From an uncultured Chthonomonas sp. (GTDB lineage: Bacteria > Armatimonadota > Chthonomonadetes > Chthonomonadales > CAJBBX01): a stretch of 64,000 nucleotides of DNA. Shown here piece after piece: positions 19,329 through 25,587 of this stretch (its first letter is position 1; each line of letters opens with the position of its first letter). The translations under genes and the position numbers were made by a program. The stretch is from NCBI GenBank assembly GCA_903951425.1, contig CAJBBX010000063.1, positions 17,051 through 81,050 on the forward strand. Direction: 5' to 3'. Below the pieces are notes generated by a model. That model saw only the letters and a list, made by a program, of their open reading frames with translations, ran no database searches and was not told the origin of the DNA.

Positions 19329-19401
19329 TGCCCTGGGAGGGATTCGAACCCACACTAGAGCGATTTTAAGTCGCTTGCCTCTGCCGTTGGGCTACCAGGG
19401 C
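19329..19401 (-). tRNA. 73-nt class-I tRNA with anticodon UAA (Leu UUA by codon table; identity uncertain)
   Basis: Hand-folded cloverleaf on the minus strand: GCCCTGG-TA-GCCC-AACGGCAG-AGGC-A-AGCGA-CTTAAAA-TCGCT-CTAGT-GTGGG-TTCGAAT-CCCTC-CCAGGGC-A. The 7-bp acceptor stem is perfect. GG lies in the D-loop, the T-loop is TTCGAAT, U33 is present and the discriminator is A73. The variable loop is 5 nt. There is one U-U mismatch in the T stem and a C-A at 13-22. No CCA is encoded. Confidence 0.75.
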
Positions 19402-19433
19402 GTGGGCGTCGGCGCTCGCCGCCAGGGTGCGGT

Positions 19434-19462
19434 AGTATAGCGGCAGGCACGAGTGCTGTCAA
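19434..19462 (-). promoter_or_regulatory. Sigma70-type promoter, TTGACA-17 nt-TATACT, driving the tRNA (and possibly trpE)
   Basis: On the minus strand, TTGACA lies at 19462-19457 and TATACT at 19439-19434, with an exactly 17-nt spacer. The -10 box ends 32 nt upstream of the tRNA 5' end. Confidence 0.55.
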
Positions 19463-19578
19463 TGCCGGTTCGTGCTATCGAGCACCCGGGCAGTTGCGTA
19501 TATAATGGTGCAACCGCCGGCCGTTGCGGGCCGCCTGAGGCTCGCACGGCCACACATCCCTACAGGAGTGTCAGCCCA

Positions 19579-20052
19579 ATGATGAAGACGCTTGCAGCGC
19601 TGATCGCCTTCGGCGCCATCTGCACTGCCGCTTACGCCGGCCCAACGACCAAGTCCAAGGCCGCCAAGGACGCTTGTGGCTCGTGCCCGTCGGCCGCAGC
19701 CGCCAAGAAGACCAACGCTCAGTGCCCATCAGCCAAGGCCGACTGCGCCACCTGCCCGTCAGCCAAGGCTACCGCCAAGTCCGACTGCGCCACGTGCCCG
19801 TCCGGTTCGGCCGGAGCCTGCCCCGTCAGCGGCGGCAAGCTCACTTCCGTGAAGTGCGGTGAAGGCTCCAAGAAGATCGACGTCGCCAAGCTCACTGCCG
19901 AGGGAAAGTACGCAGACTACAAGGGCAAGCGCTACTTCTGGGCTTGCGACCACTGCGCCAAGGACTTCAAGGCCAACCCGGCCGGGTACGCCAGCCGGCA
20001 CACCGGCTTCATGGTGAAGACCGCCAAGGTCAGCTCCAAGGCCGCCAACTAG
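19579..20052 (+). CDS. Secreted Cys-rich protein with CxxCPSAKA-type repeats and C-terminal YHS/TRASH-like domain
   Basis: Trimmed to ATGATG at 19579, with CAGGAG 10 nt upstream. The signal peptide is MMKTLAALIAFGAICTAAYA. Repeats are CGSCPSA, CPSAKAD, CATCPSAKA and CATCPSGSAGACPVSGG. The C-terminal motif YKGKRYFWACDHCAKDFKANPAGY resembles the YHS motif Y.G..YYFCS..C...F...P..Y. Confidence 0.7.
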   Translation: MMKTLAALIAFGAICTAAYAGPTTKSKAAKDACGSCPSAAAAKKTNAQCPSAKADCATCPSAKATAKSDCATCPSGSAGACPVSGGKLTSVKCGEGSKKIDVAKLTAEGKYADYKGKRYFWACDHCAKDFKANPAGYASRHTGFMVKTAKVSSKAAN

Positions 20053-20082
20053 GCCCTCAGCCGCTCCAGCCTGACCCCATCG

Positions 20083-20120
20083 CCCAGGACCGGCCCCGCG
20101 CCGGTTCTGGGCTTTCTGCT
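20083..20120 (+). terminator. Intrinsic terminator after the Cys-rich protein gene
   Basis: A 12-bp stem cccaggaccggc / gccggttctggg (one G-U pair) with a 5-nt loop, followed by CTTTCTGCT. It abuts the next gene's ATG at 20121. Confidence 0.5.
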
Positions 20121-22040
20121 ATGGAGGAGGCCTCGTTGCGTTCACAAGCCCGTTGGATCGCCGGGTGCGCCCTGGCGACAGCGCTCGCGGGGGGCCGCGC
20201 CTCCGCCATGAGGGAGACGCCTGTGCAGCAGAGCGACCACGCCGCCAAGCGCGACGTCGACACCCATCACCTCTTCACGCCGCCCGCCTCCCAAACCCAA
20301 TGGAAGGCCCGGCGCAAGGAGCTGCGCGAGCAGCTGATGCTACATACGGGGCTCTGGCCCGAGCCAAAGCGGACGCCCTTGAAGCCCGTCGTCACAGGCC
20401 ACATCGAGGGCGACGGATACACGGTGGAGAGCGTGGCCATCGAGACCTTCCCCGGCTTCCGACTCTGCGGCAGTCTCTATCGGCCTCGCGGACGCAAGGG
20501 CCCCTTCCCCGCCATCGCCAACCCGCACGGCCACTGGCCCAACGGACGCCTGCAGGTAGAGCCCGACGTGCCCAAGGCCCCGCCGGCGCCCGGCGCGCAG
20601 GGTCAGGGCAAGGCCAACCTGCCCGCCATCGGCGCGAACCTGGCCCGCCAGGGCTTCGTGGTCTTCGCCTACGACATGGTGGGCTACAACGATACGGACC
20701 AGGCATCGCACAACCTGCCCGGTTCCGCCGAAGCGTGGGGCCATGGCGTGAGCCTGCTGGGCCTGCAGACCTGGAACAGCCTCCGCGTGGTGGACTACCT
20801 CTGCAGCCTCCCAGACGTCGACAAGGCCCGTATCGGCGCCACCGGGGCCTCGGGCGGAGGCACGCAGACCTTCCTGCTGGCCGCGCTGGATGACCGCATC
20901 AAGGTCTCGGTGCCCGTCAATATGGTGAGCGCGCACATGCAGGGGGGCTGCCTCTGCGAGAACGGCCCCGCGCTGCGCATCGGCACCGACAACGTGGAGA
21001 TCGCCGCGCTCTTCGCGCCGAAGCCGCAGTTGCTCGTGGCATGCACCGGCGACTGGACCGCCAACGTGCCCACCGAGGAGTGGCCGGCCCTCCGCAGCGT
21101 CTACTCGCTCTACGGCGCGGCCGACCGCACGGCGTACGTGCAACTTAACTACGGTCACAACTACAATATCGAGAGCCGCGAGGCCATGTACGCCTGGTTC
21201 GGCAGGTGGCTACTCGGCGACGAGAACCGCGACCACTTCCGCGAGGCGCCCCTCAGCTTCGACACCGCAGCCATGCGCACATGGCGATCCGGCGTGGCCA
21301 AGCCCACGAGCGGGCCGCAGGGCAACGCCGCCGTGCTTCGGGCACTTATTGAGCGTTCGGAGGCCCAGGCCCCCGCCCCGCCCACGGATGCGGCCGCGCT
21401 GGCCGCCTACCGCAAGCGGATGGCTCCGGCCTTCCGGCGCCTGCTCTCGCTTCCTGAGCCGGCACCCACGTCGGCGGGCCGTACAGCCGGAGGAGCGGTG
21501 CTGCTGGTGACGGAGGCCGGATCGGCCGCCGAGGCCGCGGGCGTCGTGGCCGACATCAGGGCCAAGCGCGGAAACGCGGCAACGGAACTTCTGGAGTTGC
21601 CCGCCGTGGCCGCCACAGCAGCCGACCTCTGGGGCGCCTACTCGCTCTGCTACAACCGGACGCCCGCCGCCGAGGCCGCAATCCGCATCATCCGGGCCGC
21701 CTCGGACCTGCGCTCCCATACCGGCAAGCGCGTGCGAGTCGTGGCGTTGCGCGGCGCCGGTCCCGCCGCGCTGCTGGCCCGGGCCGCCTCGCCGGACATC
21801 GCCGAGTGCGCGGCGGACCTGCAGGGCGCCGACGGCAGCTACGCCTCCGCCCTGCGCGGCTCCTACGTGCCCTGCCTGCAGCAGATCGGCGGCCTACCGG
21901 CGGCTGTGGCGGCTTCCGGCGGCAAGCTGAGCCTGGGCGGCGCGGAGGGCCTCGACTGGCTGGACCGACTGGCGCCGCTCCTCTGCGGGTCGCTGAAGCG
22001 GACCGCCGCGCCCCTCACCGCCGCCGACGTGGCCCGGTAG
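20121..22040 (+). CDS. Secreted alpha/beta hydrolase, acetyl-xylan-esterase-like
   Basis: Trimmed to the ATG at 20121 (MEEASLRSQARWIAGCALATALAGG...). The nucleophile elbow is GASGGGTQT, with an upstream NPHGHW. An Ala-rich C-terminal extension of about 250 aa has unknown function. Confidence 0.75.
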   Translation: MEEASLRSQARWIAGCALATALAGGRASAMRETPVQQSDHAAKRDVDTHHLFTPPASQTQWKARRKELREQLMLHTGLWPEPKRTPLKPVVTGHIEGDGYTVESVAIETFPGFRLCGSLYRPRGRKGPFPAIANPHGHWPNGRLQVEPDVPKAPPAPGAQGQGKANLPAIGANLARQGFVVFAYDMVGYNDTDQASHNLPGSAEAWGHGVSLLGLQTWNSLRVVDYLCSLPDVDKARIGATGASGGGTQTFLLAALDDRIKVSVPVNMVSAHMQGGCLCENGPALRIGTDNVEIAALFAPKPQLLVACTGDWTANVPTEEWPALRSVYSLYGAADRTAYVQLNYGHNYNIESREAMYAWFGRWLLGDENRDHFREAPLSFDTAAMRTWRSGVAKPTSGPQGNAAVLRALIERSEAQAPAPPTDAAALAAYRKRMAPAFRRLLSLPEPAPTSAGRTAGGAVLLVTEAGSAAEAAGVVADIRAKRGNAATELLELPAVAATAADLWGAYSLCYNRTPAAEAAIRIIRAASDLRSHTGKRVRVVALRGAGPAALLARAASPDIAECAADLQGADGSYASALRGSYVPCLQQIGGLPAAVAASGGKLSLGGAEGLDWLDRLAPLLCGSLKRTAAPLTAADVAR

Positions 22041-22043
22041 GCC

Positions 22044-24284
22044 CTACTCCCGAACTAGCACGATCCGGTCGATCCAGATGCCCTTGATGCGGCCGGGGTT
22101 GTTGGCAGGCGACGCCCAGACATATGTGCCGGGCGTCGCCTGCACCACTCCCATGTCAACGAGCCGGTAGGCCGCGCCGCCGGCCTCGGCAAGGGTCAGG
22201 CTCCGGCTGGAGACGCCCTTGCCCTCGGACGATGAGTAGACGCCCACGGTCACCGCCGTCTCGGCATCGCCCTCGCCCTCGGTCCGCACGGCTATGTAGA
22301 TATGCACCGGGCCGGTGAGCTCGTCCGGGATGGACGCCTGCACCGCCCACTGGTTGTGGTCCGTGCGCATGCGTGCGGCGCGGCGGTTGGATGCAGCGGG
22401 GTCCTCCACCACATTGACCCACGAGCCCAGGTTGAACAGGCGCATGTCGCCTTCCTGCAGGTCGAACAGCCGGTCGGCGGACACGGAAGCCAGCGCGGGC
22501 GGCGCGGCGGGTGGGTCGGTCAGCATCTCCACCCAGGTGTCGAGCCACTGCATGGCGGGCTGCCCCTCGGCGCGGAAGGTGGTCTCGTACCGCTTCGCCG
22601 CGTCGCGCAGGGCGCGGACCGCCTCGACGCGGGAGGCCGGTGCGGGAGGCTCGATGCCCCGCTTGGCGCAGGCGGCCATCATGCCCCGATGCTCGGTGGC
22701 CCACAGGTAGTCCAGCGGGAAGCGCTCGCGCCGCACGCGGGCCGCCAGGACCGGCTCGGACGCCACGGCGCGCTCGCCCTCGGCGAAGAGGCGGTAGCCC
22801 TCCAGCACATGGTCGGGCGTCATGTACCGGTCGTTCTTCCGGACGGCGTAGGCGGCCTCGACCAGCCGCATGTAGGCCTGCATGTAGGGAGCCGCTTTGC
22901 CGTAGTAGCCGTGAAGGAACTCGCCCTCTAGCTGCGCCTGGTTGCGCGACGGGTCCCATAGCAGGCGAGCCGTCACCCAGGCCCGCAGCCGGGCGAAGCA
23001 GGAGGCCGCGTTGTACGAGTCGCCCTGCACGAAGACGCCCACGGCGTGGTTGGCGGCGAAGAGGCGGATGTTGGGCCCGTAGACCGGCAGGCAGGGGTTC
23101 GGGTACCAGTACTCGCCGAAGCGGGCCACATAGGTCCAGATGTAGAGCTCGGGCGAGATGGCCGACCAGGCCTTCAAGTCATCCAGGAAGCCCCGGTTCT
23201 TCTCATGCGTGAAGGGCAGGCCATAGTCGCACTCAATGCTGCAGAGGCGGATCACCACGTTCTTGCGCGGCCGGGTCACCCTGGGCGCCTTGCGGGTGTA
23301 CTGATACGCCAGCGTCTCCACGCGGAAGCCGGGGAACTCCTTCTCGATCCGCTCGGCCACGGCGTTCACGAAGCGCACCAGCGGCCCGCTGGGCGAGCCG
23401 TCCTCGGCCTCGATGGCCAGGCAGTTGGGGCACTCGCAGCGGCCCAGCCAGTCGTTCTGCGCGATGGAGATGAAGCCCGCATCGGGCTCTTTGCGGATCC
23501 AAGCCAGCGCGTTCTTGGCCATCTCCTCGACCAGCTCGGGGTTGGTCAGGCAGAGCTGGGCATAGTCCCACGTCCGCTTCCCCTCGCGGAGGCTGAACCA
23601 CTCGGGGTGCGCCTTGGCGTAGCGGTCCGGCGGGATCAGTTGGTAGAAGGTGTGGCACCAGCCGAGTATCTGCATGTGGCCGCCCAGTTGGGCCGGGACC
23701 GGGTTGAAGTGACCGTTGACCCGGTTGTGGGCATCCCAGCCGCCGTCGTGGTTGGGCAGGTAGAAGTGCGGCTCCCGGCAGACGATGGCGGGCGCATAGG
23801 TGACGTCCATCTTCGGGCAGGTGATCGTGGCTGCCGCGGGGATCAGCTCGCCGTCCTCGGCCCACCAACGGCAGCCCACGCCGCGCTCAAGCAACTCGCA
23901 GGCCGCGTAGTAGACCCCGCGCAGCGCGCCGCCGGTGACGATCAGATCGCGGCCCGCCGTGCGCAGCACGATGCCGTCGGCGCCCAGGGCCTTGGTGTCG
24001 ATGCGAGGCTTGAGGCCCGCGGCCTTGCGCGTGGCGCCCACATAGATCGCCGCACCGACCTTGCCGGACGCCCCTTCGGCCACGATGGCCGGACGGGCGC
24101 CGGAGCTCTTCTCGATGCACCGTTGCAGCTCAGCGGTCGCGCTCACCTCGACGGGCGTCGGCTTCGCAGGCGTCACCAGGACCATACGGGCCTTGCCGCC
24201 CTCGACAAGGGTATGCGCGGGCCGCCGGGCAGGCGCCCCGGTCAGCGTGGCCAGCGAAAGAGCGATCAGCGCGAATGGCGTCAT
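22044..24284 (-). CDS. DUF4838 domain protein (GH20/GH67-N-like glycosidase-related), secreted
   Basis: Trimmed to the ATG at 24284 (MTPFALIALSLATLTGA). It has the characteristic block ISIAQNDWLGRCECPNCLAIEAEDGSPSGPLVRFVNAVAE and a C-terminal beta-sandwich-like tail. Confidence 0.75.
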   Translation of the reverse strand: MTPFALIALSLATLTGAPARRPAHTLVEGGKARMVLVTPAKPTPVEVSATAELQRCIEKSSGARPAIVAEGASGKVGAAIYVGATRKAAGLKPRIDTKALGADGIVLRTAGRDLIVTGGALRGVYYAACELLERGVGCRWWAEDGELIPAAATITCPKMDVTYAPAIVCREPHFYLPNHDGGWDAHNRVNGHFNPVPAQLGGHMQILGWCHTFYQLIPPDRYAKAHPEWFSLREGKRTWDYAQLCLTNPELVEEMAKNALAWIRKEPDAGFISIAQNDWLGRCECPNCLAIEAEDGSPSGPLVRFVNAVAERIEKEFPGFRVETLAYQYTRKAPRVTRPRKNVVIRLCSIECDYGLPFTHEKNRGFLDDLKAWSAISPELYIWTYVARFGEYWYPNPCLPVYGPNIRLFAANHAVGVFVQGDSYNAASCFARLRAWVTARLLWDPSRNQAQLEGEFLHGYYGKAAPYMQAYMRLVEAAYAVRKNDRYMTPDHVLEGYRLFAEGERAVASEPVLAARVRRERFPLDYLWATEHRGMMAACAKRGIEPPAPASRVEAVRALRDAAKRYETTFRAEGQPAMQWLDTWVEMLTDPPAAPPALASVSADRLFDLQEGDMRLFNLGSWVNVVEDPAASNRRAARMRTDHNQWAVQASIPDELTGPVHIYIAVRTEGEGDAETAVTVGVYSSSEGKGVSSRSLTLAEAGGAAYRLVDMGVVQATPGTYVWASPANNPGRIKGIWIDRIVLVRE

Positions 24285-24390
24285 GGCGGCCTCCCGTAGT
24301 GCGCGGTCACGGCGCACGGTCTGTGAGAGTTCGACGTCGGAGGCGAGGGCTCCTGCATGTGTGATGATGAGGGGGGTGAAGGGGCCGGCG

Positions 24391-24430
24391 TCCGTGCCCG
24401 TCCGTGTCAGTCCGTGTTCGTCCGTGTCAG
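24391..24430. repeat. Four tandem 10-bp units TCCGTGnnnG (TCCGTGCCCG TCCGTGTCAG TCCGTGTTCG TCCGTGTCAG)
   Basis: Read directly from the sequence. The 10-nt phasing is exact. The array lies 107-146 nt upstream of the DUF4838 start codon on the minus strand. Confidence 0.8.
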
Positions 24431-24797
24431 GGCGTGGCGCGGTCCTCGGGCCCTGCGGCTGGTCGCACGAGGTGGCTGGTCTCCGCCGCTCCGAGTCCTG
24501 CAGGTGGCACGAGCAGGTCAGCGTCAGGGCCGTCGGCGGGGCGGACCAGCGTGCCGTGCTTGGTATCCTCGGCCACCCGCGCTTCGATGGCGGGCAAGGC
24601 GTCGCGTATCAGGGCACGCACGCGGCATGGGTGAAGTGGACGGCATCAGCGGGTGTGACCGTCGTGAGCCGAGCCGCCAGGCCCTCATAGGTTGCTGTCG
24701 GCAGTAGCCCGCCCGTAAGGACAAGCTCGCTCATCATCGCGGTCATGCGCCCGTCGGAGACCCGCTGAACTGTGGCGTTCTACCATACCTTGCCCAG

Positions 24798-25349
24798 TCA
24801 GCGTGCCCGTGAGTTATAATGACCATTCAATATCATAGATATAACTTGAACGCAATCTGCATAGCCTGTACCCAAGCCCCGAACCGCGCCGAACGAATGC
24901 CAGAACCAGAAGGCCGCCCAAACCAGCCACGTCACACAACCAAAGGCCAGGGTGACGGGGTTGCTGAGGCGCATCCGACGCTGCATCCGGCGACTGCCGT
25001 TGATGATCGCATCAAGCAACGCGGCGATCGCTGCCGGCGTTCCGATCTCCAACAGGACGCGCACGGCCGCTTCGACTTCGAGGATGCGCTTGGCTTGTAC
25101 GAAGGGCGCGACGGCGCCGACGGTCGGCTCCCCTACCTCAACCAGCGCCAGGACTGCGGCCTCACGGACGGCAAGGCGGCGATGGCCCAGGAGGCGACAG
25201 GCGGCGGCCACTCCCGCCGGACCGGTCCGGACGAGGTTAGCAGCAGCTGCGCCGATCTCCGTCTGTGGCGCCGTAGCCACGGCCTCGCTCAGCCTGAGGA
25301 CTGCCTCCGCCTCAGCCTGCATTTGCTCGACATCGAACCCCTGCCGCAT
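24798..25349 (-). CDS. HEAT-repeat (PBS-lyase HEAT-like) protein with C-terminal transmembrane helix
   Basis: 183 aa. HEAT-like repeats are LLGHRRLAVREAAVLALVEVGEP and ILEVEAAVRVLLEIGTPAAIAALLDAI. The TM segment is VTLAFGCVTWLVWAAFWFW. The last 20 or so codons lie in a 33% GC patch. Confidence 0.55.
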   Translation of the reverse strand: MRQGFDVEQMQAEAEAVLRLSEAVATAPQTEIGAAAANLVRTGPAGVAAACRLLGHRRLAVREAAVLALVEVGEPTVGAVAPFVQAKRILEVEAAVRVLLEIGTPAAIAALLDAIINGSRRMQRRMRLSNPVTLAFGCVTWLVWAAFWFWHSFGAVRGLGTGYADCVQVISMILNGHYNSRAR

Positions 25350-25450
25350 CTGCGCTCGATCCCCATAGGTGTGGTCGGCAGCGCCCTGCCGGCAAGACCA
25401 GTGCTCGGCGCAGGGCGCGGGCTCTCATGCGTGGAGGCGCGGCGACGGCA

Positions 25451-25527
25451 CACGGACCCACACGGACGGTGGCTCGGGCGCTCATGGTCTGTGTGGGTCC
25501 GTACAGGTCCGTGTTCGTCCGTGCCGC
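25451..25527. repeat. Second TCCGTG decamer array: 2 inverted units (CACGGAnnnn) plus 3 direct units, all 10-bp phased
   Basis: CACGGA occurs at 25451 and 25461. TCCGTA/TCCGTG occurs at 25498, 25508 and 25518. A 12-bp inverted repeat acggacccacac (25452-25463) / gtgtgggtccgt (25491-25502) is present. The 17-mer gtccgtgttcgtccgtg (25507-25523) is identical to 24410-24426. The array lies in the divergent region between the HEAT gene and the GT83 gene. Confidence 0.8.
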
Positions 25528-25587
25528 TCCCGCTTGCGCCATCCGGTATCCTACCGATAGCCGCGCCCACATACGAAAGGCCGCCGC

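Noticed and set aside
19501-19506. Plus-strand promoter for the Cys-rich protein gene (TATAAT at 19501), with the palindrome gtgctatcgagcac at 19472-19485 as an operator
   Set aside because: The -10 box is perfect, but the -35 position reads tcgagc and there is no TG extension. It is plausible but not strong enough to list as a feature.
24391-24430. TCCGTG arrays considered as a CRISPR array or minisatellite
   Set aside because: The units are 10 bp with no spacers, there are only 4-5 copies, and no cas genes are present. This fits protein-binding iterons better than CRISPR.
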